Made by a program: the position numbers and the translations under genes. The notes below the pieces were generated by a model. The model made no database searches. It saw nothing but the letters and a program-made list of their open reading frames with translations, and was not told the DNA's origin. This document shows positions 1 to 13,576 of a stretch of DNA of 64,000 bases, piece by piece. The stretch covers positions 16,988,001 through 17,052,000 of the forward strand of contig NC_043007.1 of the NCBI RefSeq assembly GCF_006345805.1. Direction: 5' to 3'. The DNA is from Octopus sinensis (taxonomy: Eukaryota). Every line of letters begins with the position of its first letter. The stretch's first letter is position 1.

Positions 1-286
1 CTCTTTGATTTAAGTTAAGCTAATATTTCACTACTTTTTTTTTTTAAGGTTATGTGTTGACAAAATCATTAGCACACAAGACAAGATACTTAGTGGTAGC
101 TTTACATCCATCTTTATGCTCTGAGTTCAAATTCTGCTGCGGTTGACTTTACCTTCCATCCTATCAAATTTGGTAAAATAAGTACCAGTTGACTACTGGG
201 GTTAAATATGAGGCAAAGTCAAAATTTATCTACACTTTTGCTATAACATATTGTTGTTATTGTCACACAGCCTTCTGTGCATGTGT

Positions 287-1388
287 GCTTATTGTGGTTA
301 TGTGATCGATGTTTGGGCCTGATGGCGCTATTTTACTTTCTGGTTTTACAGTGTAAGCATGGCCCCTCCACAAGCAATGTGCACCAACGAAGAACAAAGA
401 TCAGTGATCTGAGAGAAGGTAATGGGGAACCGGTTCACCATTACCTATTTCTTTACTACCCACAAGGGGCTAAACACAGAGAGGACAAACAAGGACAGAC
501 AAACGGATTAAGTCAATTATATCAGCCCCAGTGCATAACTGGTACTTATTTAATCGACCCCGAAAGGATGAAAGGGTAGGTCGAACTCGGCGGAATTTGA
601 ACTCAGAATGTAATGACAGACGAAATACCTATTTCTTTACTACCCACAAGGGGCCAAACACAGAGAGGACAAACAAGGACAGACAAACGGATTAAGTCAA
701 TTATATCGACCCCAGTGCATAACTGGTACTTATTGAATCGACCCTGAAAGGATGAAAGGCAAAGTCGACCTCAGTGGAATTTGAACTCAGAACGTAGCAG
801 CAGACGAAATACCTATTTCTTTACTACCCACAAGGGGCTAAACACAGAGAGGACAAACAAGGACAGACAAACGGATTAAGTCAATTATATCGACCCCAGT
901 GCATAACTGGTACTTATTTAATCGACCTCGAAAGGATGAAAGGCAAAGTCGACCTCGGCGGAATTTGAACTCAGTACGTTGCGGCAGAAGAAATACTGCT
1001 AAGCATTTCGCCCGGTATGCTAACGATTCTGCCAGCTCGCTGCCCTGCACCATTACCATCACTCAAGCTTGGTGAATCTTCTTGTCAGTGGTGGAGGTTG
1101 ACGAGCATCCTGCTCCCTCTTCATGTGTCATGCTTGTCCAGCCACTTTTAAACTACTTCGTCCACTTATACATACTTCTATATGGTAGTGCTCTGTCCCT
1201 GATTTGTGCTAAATGCATCCAATGAATTTCAGCACCTGACACACCATTTGACTAGAGAAAACAGATCACTGCTCTTTATTGTTCTTTGGTGCACATTGCT
1301 AGTGGAGCGGCCTTGATTACACTGCAAAGCCAGAAAGAAAAATGGCAGAATCAGGCTCAAACCTTGATCACGGGACCACAATAGTACC
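287..1388. mobile_element. Old TIR element (GGTAC-ended on the right) carrying the SINE trimer
   Basis: Diverged inverted repeats of about 110 bp at about 300-411 and 1260-1372; no TSD. Confidence 0.4.
446..1047 (-). mobile_element. tRNA-derived SINE family A, head-to-tail trimer
   Basis: One copy with the tRNA-like head plus two headless 184-bp units; 10-bp TSD CACCATTACC (436-445 and 1048-1057). Confidence 0.9.
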
Positions 1389-2060
1389 AACTATAAGCAT
1401 GCATGCTCAGAAGGCAGTATAACAATAATAAAGATATGTTATGGCGAAAGTGTAAATAATTTTTGACTCCCCCCTTATATAATGAACTTACTCCTTCCCT
1501 TGAAATTGCTGGCATTGTGCCAAAATTTGAATCCAATATATCACTACTTTAAAATAGTTCAATATTTCATTCTTTCATGACCATATGCTGGTGTGTTTGC
1601 GTCCCCGTCACTTAGCGGTTCGGCAAAAGAGACCGATAGAATAAGTACTGGGCTTACAAAGAATAAGTCCCGGGGTCGATTTGCTCGACTAAAGGTGGTG
1701 CTCCAGCATGGCCGCAGTCAAATGACTGAAACAAGTAAGTAAAAGAGTATATTTCAAGAAGAAGAAAACCCCAAAATAACAGTGGAGGATTCAGTTTAGC
1801 TTTTAATATAAACCAGAATTTGAATGGTGTTAGCAAAAAGTAAAAAAGAGCACCTTTTCTTTATATTCAGCTGATGTTTGAAACATAATTTGATAAAAAG
1901 TTCTTACATAAAATCGTGATAGAAAATTTTAAAAAGAGGTGTAAGCACATGGTTATGAGATTATTCCTGTTGCATGGCAACACATGCAGGTGTTTTCTAC
2001 TATAGCTTTGGGCTGAGCAACTGACCAATGAGATTAGGAGATAGAAAGCTGTACAGAAGC

Positions 2061-2110
<50 letters not shown>

Positions 2111-2399
2111 CAAACAAACACACACACACATATATATATAAATGGAGTTTAACACAGGTCTAATTCATATTCTTTTACTTCCGACACATGTTTCAAAGAT
2201 ATCCCTGATATTATTCCAAAGGAATAAAATGGTGTGAAACAAAGTAATCTTCTCTTCAGGGAGGTGAAGAAATGAAACTCGTCAATAAGACATTTTAAAA
2301 GAAAATGATGGATATGTATAGTGATTAACTGAACACTGTTAATATTATTTGAAAAAACGTTATAGGATATAACGTCAAAGGTAGCCTATAGAAAGACGA

Positions 2400-3809
2400 G
2401 GGATAAATTAAAGAATAACTAAATAAATGAGAAGTATATGACTATATGTATATTAAATAAAACCTTATAGACTAGGAAAACTGTATATCTAGTGAATGTG
2501 AAATATAAAAAGAAAATTAATGTTTAAATTATATTTAGTGATAGAGATCATTTATATGAACTAAAGGTGTATTTTTGCCAATGTTTATATCAGTATGCAC
2601 ACTCTATAACCGTGTTTACTAGGGGATTTTTAGAAAAAAATAATGAAAAATAGTTCAGAATTACAGAGAAGACAGAATTCCTTGCCTTTGTCATAAGGTA
2701 TCGAGATTGAAAGAATCAACCAATCTAAATTAAACTATTTATTGTGGTCTTTTAGATCCCAAATTTATTTACTGAGCCCTGTACTGTTATGTTTATTCCT
2801 ATCCCTAAATGTCAAGTAATGATTAAAAATCCTTCTAGATAACTGTAAAGACGTGCTTCCAATATAAAAATATACTTCATTGTGAGTAGTAATTTTACAC
2901 TGGTATATAGAATTTTTAATTTTAGAGTTACTTGACATAAACTTGATTCTGTTGGAATTGACTTCAGATACAATAACCTTGTTATTAATACTTCTACAGG
3001 GATGGATGGTATAAGCTAAATTAATGTTAGTATTAGTAAATGTATTAATATTTAATAGGTTGTTATTATATGAAGAGATAATTTGTAAGTAAGAGATTTT
3101 TAGTGTTGAAAAAACCAATCCTAACCGTATGTGAGTTGATAATAAAGTAATACCTAGAATTCTTTGGAAAATTCCTAATAATAGCTTCACAGAACTGCAA
3201 TGGGAGAGTAGATTTAACTTGCTTCCCGTATGAAATAATTAGCCAAATTGTTCTACTACTAGTTATCTTATTTTTAGTGTAATTATTTTTGAAAGTCTTA
3301 AATTTACCTTTAGAATGATGATAGGGTATTAAATAAGGGTCATCTCCCTTCCTCCATTTTGTTTCGGTGTATAAATTAAAATTGATATCGTTAATTCCTT
3401 TACAACTAGATTTCATATCTACATTAGTAAAGTTAGAATAAGACTGAATAGAATCAATGAAGGTAATTTTCTCTGTATAACCTGCTTTAAGTAAAGCAGA
3501 GTTATAAAATTCGGTGTTATCATTAAAAATGTCAACATTAGCAGATAACTTAGACAATCTAAATGAAATATTCTTAACTAAGTTCCTAGTAATTGCCCTA
3601 GAATGATTACTGAATTTGCTAATATACTTAAGATTAGTCGATGGTTTATGGTATGGGAAGTAAGAGTTATTGTGTAAGTTAAGCATAATGTCTAAAAAGT
3701 TGGCCTTCATCATATCATCATCAAAAACGATGCTTAAGCCCATTCTACGGAAAAATTTAACTAAACTATTCTTAACTATTAGGGAACTGTTCTGCCATTT
3801 CAAAAAGTA
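2400..3809 (-). mobile_element. Penelope-like element, 3' part (RT thumb + GIY-YIG endonuclease), degenerate
   Basis: NFLDIMLNL...YHKP...SNH...RLSKLS, then NSIYQCK...YIGST...RIFNH and WDLK...CLLC in successive frames, with stops and frameshifts. Confidence 0.85.
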
Positions 3810-4358
3810 CTGGATAAATATGTTCCTACATTAATTAAAAAATTAAAACTTAGTTTATGGTCCAATTCATTTCAAGTAGTTGACTGGTTTAGTTCTATTA
3901 CTAATAAGAGGAGCACTAAGTTTATCCAGTTTGACATTTCTAATTTTTATTCATCCATCAACCCAATAGTACTTAATAAGGTACTTTGGCTTGCTCATAA
4001 CAAAGCTGGTCTCACCAGGGAAGAAATTAATGTTGTGTTGGCAGCCAGAAAATCTATTAGAAAATTTGACAATAAGTTGTGGGTCCGTAAAGACACACCA
4101 GATGGTTTTGATGTTACAATGGGAAGTTCTGATTCAGCACAAGTAGCTAATTTAGTCTGTATATATATATAAACATACATGTATATATACTTTATGAAAT
4201 GGCAGAACAGTTCCCTAATATTAATGGAGGTCTATATCGTGATGATTATTTACTTTACCTTCAAAATGTTTCCAACCCAAAGGTACAAAAAGTTAAGAAT
4301 AGTTTAGTTAAATTTTTCCGTAGAATGGTCTTAAGCATCGTTTTTTATGATGATATGA
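3803..4358 (+). mobile_element. Penelope-like element, RT core, inverted relative to its 3' part
   Basis: KVLDK...LWSNSFQVVDWF...FIQFDISNFYSSI...FDVTMGSSDSAQVANLV...GLYRDD. Confidence 0.85.
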
Positions 4359-4359
4359 C

Positions 4360-4560
4360 CAGTGATACAGACAACGATTGCTGCACCTTCTTTTGAGTAT
4401 GTATCTTGTTATTAAACTTAAATATGTGGCCCTTGAGTGTCATTTTGGTAGTCATACCCACCACTTGTGCAAACATCTGGAAATTCTTAGCTTGAACTTT
4501 ACACATAGGTGGTGAAAAGCAGATGGCCACTTTACACAACATTTGCAGTTAATTGTGTAA
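4360..4560 (-). mobile_element. Second retroelement RT fragment (Penelope-like)
   Basis: TLKGHIFKFNNKIHTQK resembles the F.FN...Y.Q..G motif of PLE reverse transcriptases. Confidence 0.4.
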
Positions 4561-4569
4561 TTCATGTCC

Positions 4570-6470
4570 TCCTTTCACAACAAAGCAGCCCTGTTTAGGA
4601 TAACACCATTTTTCTCCTATGGAGGAGGGGTCGAGAAAATGCAACCCCAAATTTGTTTACTCATATTGCTCCTTGTCATTAGATGCAAATGACTGGGAAC
4701 CTAAACCTGCACCAAAAAATGAAGCAAATTGAAAATAAAAAACCTTTTTATTGCATCTTGGAATGTGAGAACTCTTCAGGACAGCAAGAAGAATATAGAA
4801 CATAGGACCACTTTGGTTGCACATATCTTGAAGGAAAGAAACATAAGAATAGCAGCGCTTTCAGATACCAGATTAGCAGACTGTGGTCAGCTACAAGAAG
4901 TTGATGGTGGATACACTTTCTTCTGAATGCGTAAGCCTCAGGAAGTGAAAAAAGAGGCAGGTGTTGGGTTTGCTATTCGGAATGACCTAGTGACACAACT
5001 TGAACCTCTGCCTGTTGGCATTTGTGAAAGACTCATATCGTTGTGCATCTACATTGGCAAAAATAAATATGCAAATATTTTCAGCTGCTATACTCCAACC
5101 GTGAACTCAAATGAAGTAGTTAAAGAGCAGTTCTACTCTGAACTACGTTGCCAGTTGAGAGGTGTCTCCATCCATGATAAACTTCTCCGCCTTGGTGATT
5201 TCAATGCACGTGTAAGTTGTGATATATCCATATGGAGAGACGTAATGGGGAAGCATGGGGTTGGCAATGCAAATTCAAAGAGCCATCTGCTGCTTTTGCT
5301 TTGCAGTGAGTATGGGCTTTTGATTACCAATACTATTTTCAAATTCTCCAACCACCATAAAACTACCTGGAAGCATTCCTGATCAAACCATTATCACCTC
5401 ATTGATTACATAATTGTGAGGTCTTCCATGAGGGAAAGATGTCCAAGTAACGTATTCTTACTCCATTGGGGAGTGCTGGTCTGACCATAGACTGATACAA
5501 TCGAAAGTGAATTTTACTATCTGCAGTCCTATTCTTAGCAACTGCACTTGACCAATTTGAAAAATGGATGTAACAAAGCTGAGGAACAATGACAATTTAA
5601 CCTCATTTCAAACAACCTGAAACAACAAACTTGTTAGCATCACAGACAACACAGATATTGAATCAATGTAGTCTGCTTTTAAAAATACTATATGTGAGTC
5701 TTGTGAAACACTTGGGTATGTTAAGAGGAAGCACCATGATTGGTTTCATTCAAATGACCCAAACATCTATCCTCTTTAGGACAATATGCACAAGTGCCAC
5801 TGTCAATGGATGTCAAATAGAAATAATTCCACCAAACACAATGAGTTTAAATGGGCCAGAAATACATGCCAATCTCAACTGAGGCAAAAGAAACAGTTAT
5901 GGTGGCAAAGGAAGGCACAAGAATTGTAAGATGCTGCTGACAGATGTGACTCAAGGTCATTCTACCAGAATTTAAAGAATGTTTTTGGTGTCTTAAAGGG
6001 TGTTTTAAGGGTGTCCGTTGGCTCAACTCCCATACTTACAACCGAGGGTAATTTTCTGATAGATAAAAAGGAGATCACGATGTGCTGGGCAGAGCACTTT
6101 CCAAATGTTCTGAATATGGACTCAATTGTTGATGAAGAACTGATCATCAACCTATCGCAAAGGCCTGTCCTTGAAGAACTGTCAGTCACTCTCTCAAATA
6201 CTGGAATAAAAAAGCCATAAGGCAGCCCACAAATGGAAAGTCATCTGGGAACAATAGCATACCAGCCAAGATATATAAATGTGGTAGCAGTCTCCTGCTG
6301 AACAAGTTAGGTGAACTCTTCTCCTTAATCTGGGAATCAGGATCAGTCCCACAGGAGTTCAAAGACACTTCTATTGCATATCTTTATAAGCACAAATGTG
6401 AATGTGACAACCACAGAGGTATCACCCTTTTGTGTGTTGCTGGGAAGTTCTTTGGAAAGGTTATTTTAAA
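4570..6470 (+). mobile_element. RTE-clade LINE, 5' UTR + APE + start of RT, 3'-truncated and degenerate
   Basis: IASWNVRTL, AALSDTRL, GVGFAI, LGDFNARV, HLIDY and RGITLLCVAGK motifs, with many stops. Confidence 0.9.
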
Positions 6471-6489
6471 TAACTGTAAAGATGCATCA

Positions 6490-6760
6490 TTGATCATTGC
6501 TCATGTCAATGCCCAAGTCACACACTAATTTTGATTCAGGGAATGCAATCCCTCCCAGGCCATGTATCCTGTTTGCATGATGTTCAGCTTTGTGTACTGG
6601 TTGTGCAGGGCTAAGAACTTTCCTCCATTAAACTGCATTTTGTCCCCAGTCCACCTGTATATTGCATCAAAGTTGAGTCCAAGCATGGCAGCAGTTAAAT
6701 GACTGGAACCAGATGACAGAACATTATTGAGGGAACGAATTAACATGAAATTTTGGTGGA
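6490..6760 (-). mobile_element. CR1/L2-type LINE RT fragment
   Basis: FDAIYRWTGDKMQFNGGKFLALH resembles the CR1 post-YADD region. Confidence 0.5.
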
Positions 6761-8327
6761 AGGTTTTAATTTACATCGCTTTAAGATGGAAGTTTGTGTC
6801 ATAGATCCAGAAGTGCTCCCAGGTGGGTTGATATCAAACTGTTTAAATATATAACACTTGAAAATTCTAGAGCTTTCTTGTTCAATACAGAAGCACTATC
6901 ATTTGAGAACACAAGGATATGGCAGTTCATATTTCATTTATTATGCTACACTCCTGCAGTTTTCTTTTCATCGTCATCTTCATTTAACATCTGTTTGACA
7001 TGCTGGCATGGGTTGGATGGTTTGACAAGAACTTCTCAGGCTCCATGTCCGCTTTGGCATAGTTTCTACAGCTAGATGCCCTTCCTAGCACTAACCACTT
7101 TACAGAGTGTACTGGGTGCACTTACACAGCACCGACATGGGTGCATTTGGGGTCCGAATTGAACCTGCCTTCCCACTCCATCCGTAATGTCTTCTGGTCT
7201 GTCCTATCATTCGATTTATTTATATTTTTGTGAATTTTTAATGTCATCTTTATGTTATATCCATCCATCCATCTGACTCCAATCAGATTGTATTGTCCCT
7301 TATCTATGTTGTCCCCTTGTGGGAAATTTAAAAAATCACATGGTACCGGTACAGGTGCTTTTTATATGACACTAGCACCTAGAAGCCCACAAGGTTAGGA
7401 AAATTCAGCTGGAGATTTTTTTAAAATTCCATTTTTCCAACGTATTTTCTTTTCCATTCCAAAATATTTTACATGTCATTCCTGGATGTAAATTTTTAAG
7501 AATGGAATTCCCATACATTCCAGATCCTATGGGATAATACTGATTTAGTGAAATTATCCTAACACCTCCAGCTAAGGAATTACCATATGTTTGTTTAATC
7601 TGCAAGAAAAAACAGCCAAACTTCTTTTGAATCACTTTTTTTTCTTTTGTGTGTGTGTGTGAGCCTGAAGACACACAAGATCAGAGCTTAACCTGGTTTC
7701 CATCAGTGACTGAGACTACAACACAGCCTCTCAGATGAACAGGATGCCAGTCCATCACAGGGCTTTGGTCAGCCTAGAGCTATAGTAGAAGACACTTTAA
7801 CAAGGTGCGGCACAGTAGAACCGAACCAAAGACCACATGGTTGAGAAGTAAGTTCCTTAACCACACACCCATGCCTGCACCTATACTGAACATAAATAAG
7901 CATTTTAACCATATTATTCTTTTACTTGTTTCAGTCATTTGACTGTGGCCATGCTGGAGCACCACCTTTAGTTGAGCAAATCAACCCCAGGACTTATTCT
8001 TTGTAAGCCTAGAACTTATTCTATCATTCTCTTTTGCCGAACTGCTAAGTTACGAGGACGCAAACACACCAGCATCAGTCGTCAAGCAATGTTGGGGGGA
8101 CAAACACACACACACACATATATACGACAGGCTTCTTTTAGTTTCCATCTACCAAATCCACTCACAAGGCTTTGGTCGGCATGAGGCTATAGTAGAAGAC
8201 ACTTGCCCATGGTGCCACACAATGGGACTGAACCCGGAACCATGTGGTTGGTAAGCAAGCTACTTACCACACAGCCACTCCTGCACCTATACATTAATTC
8301 AAGATTTGTCAGTCCAACAGCTTCAAC

Positions 8328-8784
8328 GGGGTAGCAAAAAATCACACAAGTAAAAAGGGTATAACTCCTTGTTTTTAAAGGTAGAAACTCAGGGTTTACG
8401 TGAAATATTTTGTATAAATAAATACATGGAGTTAAATGCAGATGTTATTCAAATTCTTTTACTTCCAACACATGTTTCGAAGATATCACTGGTATTATTC
8501 CAAAGGAATAAAATGGTGTAAAACAATGTAATCTTTTTTTCAGAGAGTTTCATTTCTTCATTTCTCTGAAGAAAAGATTACATTGTTTTACACCATTTTA
8601 TTCCTTTGGAATAATACCAATGATATCTTCGAAACGTGTCGGTGTAAAAAAATTTGAATAACACCTGCATTTAACTCCATTTATTTATTTATATATATTA
8701 TACAAAATATTTCACGTAAACCCTGAGTTTCTACCCTTAAAAACGAGTTACACCTTTTTTACTTGTGTGATTTTTTGCTACCCC
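8328..8784. mobile_element. Foldback MITE (almost wholly palindromic)
   Basis: Arms of about 220 bp (GGGGTAGCAAAAAATCACAC...) around a short loop near 8554. A related half copy lies at about 2139-2290. Confidence 0.8.
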
Positions 8785-11742
8785 TGGTAACTATTTATCT
8801 ATGTGTCTTTAGGTTTGCATCTCATCAACCACTCACATAGTATTGGCTTGTTTATATCCCTGACTTAGTGGTTTGACAAAAGAAGCTAATAGACCAAGTA
8901 TCAGATTTTAAAAAATAAGCGCTGGGGTCAAATTTGTTAGACTAAACCCTTTAATTCGGTACTCCATCCACGCCTCATTAATACAGTACAATTACAATTT
9001 TTGCTCCTTCCCACATTAAAAAAATCCGCCACTAAAACGCCTACCAGATTAGTTATGGTCGACCTTAGTGACACAAACGAAGTAAGGGAGATAACCTAGA
9101 CGTGTTAAAGATGCAAGGGACTTAACTTACAAGATATTTGATTTTCTGGTTTAACGATCTGAAATTTATCTCCAATTCAGATCCTGTTGCAGTCAGCTTT
9201 ACCTTTCATCCTTCAAGGTCAATAAAATAATGCACCTGTCAAGTATTTTTATCAGCTATACCTTTATTTGATTAAATTGATCCAGTATTTGACAGGTACA
9301 AAATAACATGTACTGCATGACATTCTTATTCATTTACAACTATTATGCAATGTCAAAATAAGGACACACACGCAAACATTATCACTACCATTTAGCGTCC
9401 AAGCTGGCAAGGGTTGGATGGTTAGCATGCCGGGCGAAATACTTAGTGGTATATCGCCTGCCATTACGTTCTGAGTTCAAATTCCGCCGAAGTCGACTTT
9501 GCCTTTCATCCTTTCGGGGTCGATTAAATAAGTACCAGTTATGCACTGAAGTCAATATAACCGACTTAATCCGTTTGTCCTCTCTGTGTTTAGCCCCTTG
9601 TGGGTAGTAAAGAAATAGGTTTGATAGAAGCTGGCAAGCTAGAGGACTGCACCAATCTCTACTGTCTGCTTTGGCATGGTGTCCATGGCTGGATGCCTTT
9701 CCTAGTGCCAACCACTTTACACAATCTACAGGATGCCTTTTACTCTGTTTGTCTTTCTGACTAGGATAGCCATGCATCTCCTCTACAGCAAGACAGCTAT
9801 CTCTATCCCACTGTTATACTTTAACCTCTCAACCGGCACAAAGCAACCTCCCTCAATTTTACTCCCTGTCCTTGACGAGCGAGCTTTGTCTTGCAAGTTA
9901 TCTGGTGACCCTGTCGTTGCAGGTACCAGGTAAAAAGCATCCTGTAGATTCTGTCTGTCTCTTTCTCTTTCCGATTAGGATAGACATGCATCTCCTCTAC
10001 AGCAAGACAGCTATCTCTACCCCACTCTCTCAATTCTACTCCCTGTCCTAGGCGAGGGATCTTTGTCTTTCAAGTTATCTGGTGACAGAGTTGGTGGTGG
10101 AGGTGTTGGGACATACTCTGAAGGTATAATGCAAGGTGGATACAGGTGGTACAGAGAACTGGACAAAGTGAGTGGACAGATGGGGGATAGAGAAGGAAGT
10201 TAGAGATGGGGTAGAGATGACTATAGCAAGTGATGGTGAGAAATAGTTGTTCAGGATGTGTGGGGGTGGGGGGTTTATGGCAGGTATATATGAGGGAATT
10301 GAGTGCGATAGCAGTTAAGGATGGCGCACAGCAGAGATGAGAGAGCAGTGGCTGAAGGTGCAGCAAGGTGATTGGTGGAAATAGTAGGTAGAGATGATGA
10401 AAAATGGTAGTTCAGAGAGGTGGGGAGGAGGTAACCAAGAGGGGACGTAGTATATATATATTTTTTTAATTGTATTTATATGTGTAACATTGTCTGTTTT
10501 TCCGTCTTTGGTTTTTATATACGTATACATTCGATGCTTTCTTCCAAGGAATCTAATGCTCTTAGCTTAGTTTTTCCTTGGGACTGGCCAGATTGGAGTA
10601 ATCTCAAGATTAATCAGCTGATATTGCGAGGATGATCCGGTTCTTGACTGAGGATAGAAAGCTTCGAATGACCCGTCCTTGTTTCTTTGTATTGTCTATC
10701 TGAATGTTTTGTTGTCCCTTTTTGTATCACCTAGTTGTCCGGATGTTTTGCGTTCTTGTCCCATTTTGTATTTTATATATATACATATACACACACACAC
10801 ATGGTGGGCTTCTTTCAGTTTCTGTCTACCAAATCCACTTTCAAAGCATTGGTTGACCCAGGGCTATAGCTGAAGACATTTACCCAAGATGTCACACAAT
10901 GGGACTGAACCCATAACCATGTAGTTGAGAAGCAAGTTTCTTAACCACCCACATAACCACACCTCCTAAGGAGATAAAATAATAATCATCGTCATTTAGC
11001 ATCCATTTTCCATGCTGGCATGGGTTAGATGGTTTAACCAGAGATGGCAAGCTGGAGAGCTGTACCAAGCTCCAGTCTGATTTGGCTTGGTTTCTACAGC
11101 TGGATGCCCTTCCAAACGCCAACCACTCCATGAATGTAGTGGGTGCCTTTATGTGTCAACAGCACAGGTGCCTTTTACATACCACCAGCACTGGCCACAA
11201 CTTGGCTTGAGCTGTCTTCTCAAACACAGCAAATCGTCAAACGTCTCAATCACCTGTCATCGCCTCAGTCAGACTCAACGTCCAAAGATCATGCTTCAGT
11301 CAGCAATAACGATTATCTTGTAACATCTGGATCAATAGTTAATTATCTTAACTGATGGCACGTAAAAAGCACCATCCGAACGTGGCTGATGCCAGCGCCG
11401 CCTTGACTGGCTTCTGTGCCGGTGGCACGTAAAAAGCACCAATCCGATCATGGTCGTTGCCAGCCTCACCTGGCACATAAAAAGCACCCACTACACTCAC
11501 GGAGTGGTTGGCATTAGGAAGGGCATCCAGCTGTAGAAACGCTACCAGATCAGACTGGAGCCTGGTGCAGCCTTCTGGTTTCCCAAATCCCCGGTCGAAC
11601 CGTCCAACCCATGCTAGCATGGAGAACGGACGTTAAACGATGATGATGATGATTTAGCCATCATGCTTTTGTTATGGGAATAAAGAATTAATGAATAAAG
11701 TTTAATCAAAGAGAAATGTAAATGGAATGACATTTGGTATGG

Positions 11743-11748
11743 TTTATT
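11743..11748 (-). promoter_or_regulatory. Candidate DPY30 polyadenylation signal
   Basis: AATAAA on the minus strand about 80 nt after the stop codon. Confidence 0.45.
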
Positions 11749-11828
11749 TAAATACACTTGTATGAAGAGTAAGATATACACAGCTATGTACAAATTATAA
11801 AGTCAAGTAACGGCGCCAGAAAAAAACA

Positions 11829-11895
11829 TTAATTCTCATACTGGTTCTTGTTCTTCAGTAAATACGAAGCAAGATATTCAATTGGGTTAGGAGGC
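11829..11895 (-). CDS. DPY30: DPY30 last coding exon
   Basis: Acceptor attctattttccAG, then G CCT CCT AAC CCA ATT GAA TAT ... AAT TAA = (R)PPNPIEYLASYLLKNKNQYEN*. Its phase matches the 15078 exon end. Confidence 0.95.
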
Positions 11896-12451
11896 CTGGA
11901 AAATAGAATGAAATAAATTTATCAGCAATAAGCAACACTTATTTCAGATACAGAGTGGTGTACGGAATGACATATACAAAAAAAAATTCCGCAGTATGAG
12001 AAAAAAAAGAAAGAGAAAACACAAAGACCTAATGGTAAGCATTAACAGGGCGTAAAGAAAAGGGGAGAAGTATTATGATCTACTCTATTATTTATCTAAA
12101 TTTATGTCATTAACCCACTTGAGTTATGTCCCTAAGCTCATTCTTTAAATTTTTAACAATTATTGCTTTTACTGTTTTTACAATAATGCATGTTTGCAAA
12201 GTTGAGATGGTTTGGTTGAATGCTGATGATTTGGCATGGCTGACTGGATATTCAAGTTGTTTTTGTGACAGCATGCTTTGGTGCTGGATGCACCAAAACA
12301 CACCAAGATGCACACCTGCACAGAAATTTACATATACATATAGAGAAGGAGAGATTTAGACCATTAGGGATAGTCACTGAAATGCTGAAAATATCTGGTA
12401 GAGTAGGATATTCACTAATCAATCAAATGGTACAGGGAGATAATCAAGTAG

Positions 12452-12870
12452 TTTTTTTTTTGTTTTTTTTTTTTTTACTCTAGGCACAAGGCCCGAAATT
12501 TTTTGGAGATGGGGGCCAGTCTATTAGACTGATCCCAGTATGCAACAGGTACTTAATTTATCAACCCCAAAAGGATGAAAGGCAAAGTCGACCTCGGCAG
12601 AATTTGAACTCAGAATGTAAAGACAGACAAAATACCTATTTCTTTACTACCCACAAAGGGCTAAACACAGAGAGGACAAACAAGGACAGACAAATGGATT
12701 AAGTCAATTACATCGACCCCAGTGCGTAACTGGTACTTATTTAATCGAGCCCGAAAAGATGAAAGGCAAAGTCGACCGTGGCAGAATTTGAACTCAGAAT
12801 GTAAAGACAGACAAAATACCGCTAAGCATTTTGCCCGGCGTGCTAACGTTTCTGCCAGCTCACCACCTTA
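12452..12870 (-). mobile_element. SINE family A chimeric dimer with poly(A)-like tail
   Basis: 12-bp TSD ATAATCAAGTAG (12440-12451 and 12871-12882); the two units have different tails. Confidence 0.9.
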
Positions 12871-13576
12871 ATAATCAAGTAGCATGAGATGATACTGACA
12901 TAGCAGTATTGCCATCAGGTGCTACAGTGGCAAAGGAAATGCTCTGGAAAGAAGCATGAAACTATTTTGTTGAAGAGATGAAAATAACAGGAAGCTTTAA
13001 AGCCCCTGATTTCTTTAACTGTTCATAACTTCTAAAGGTCTTGCCACCTGTGTAGAATACACTTTGGGGTGTTATCACGACTGAAACGTCTTTTTAACAA
13101 ATTTTGTTGGAGTTAACTCCCTTGTTTGTTTGTTTTTAGATGTTTAGAAACGCTTGGAGAGAGATTTTGCCTACTAATTGGATAGATAATCAATGCATAG
13201 GTGAAATCATACCTGCATATGTAAATTTAGTATGCAGAACATTCCCCAGAGGTACTTGCCCTTAGTCATATTGTTCCTTTCGTTTTTTTGGTATACTAGG
13301 CCCTTTTAGTGGATGTCATCTTTATGAAAAACAAGTGCCATACGTAAGCTCTGCTCAAACTTATTTTTATTTGTTTCAACTATTTGACTGCAGCCATGCT
13401 GGAGCACTGCCTTTAGTCAAGCAAATCAACCCCAAGATTTATTCTTTGTAACCCTAGTACTTATTCTATTAGTCTCTTTTGCTGAACCGCTAAGTTACAG
13501 GGACGTAAACACACCAGCATCAGTTGTCAAGCAATGTAGGGGACAAACAGACACACAAATATATACCCACACATTC

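Noticed and set aside
7405-7600. 64-codon open frame after a good acceptor (IKQTYGNSLAGG...)
   Set aside because: No recognisable homology, its phase does not fit DPY30, and internal GGAATTCC repeats suggest a TE relic.
10647-10680. Minimal hammerhead in the pseudo-LTR-like repeat (CTGAGGATAGAAAG; CTGAAGA at about 13894 and 14586)
   Set aside because: Stems I and III cannot be formed, and GAAA is not retained in the other copies.
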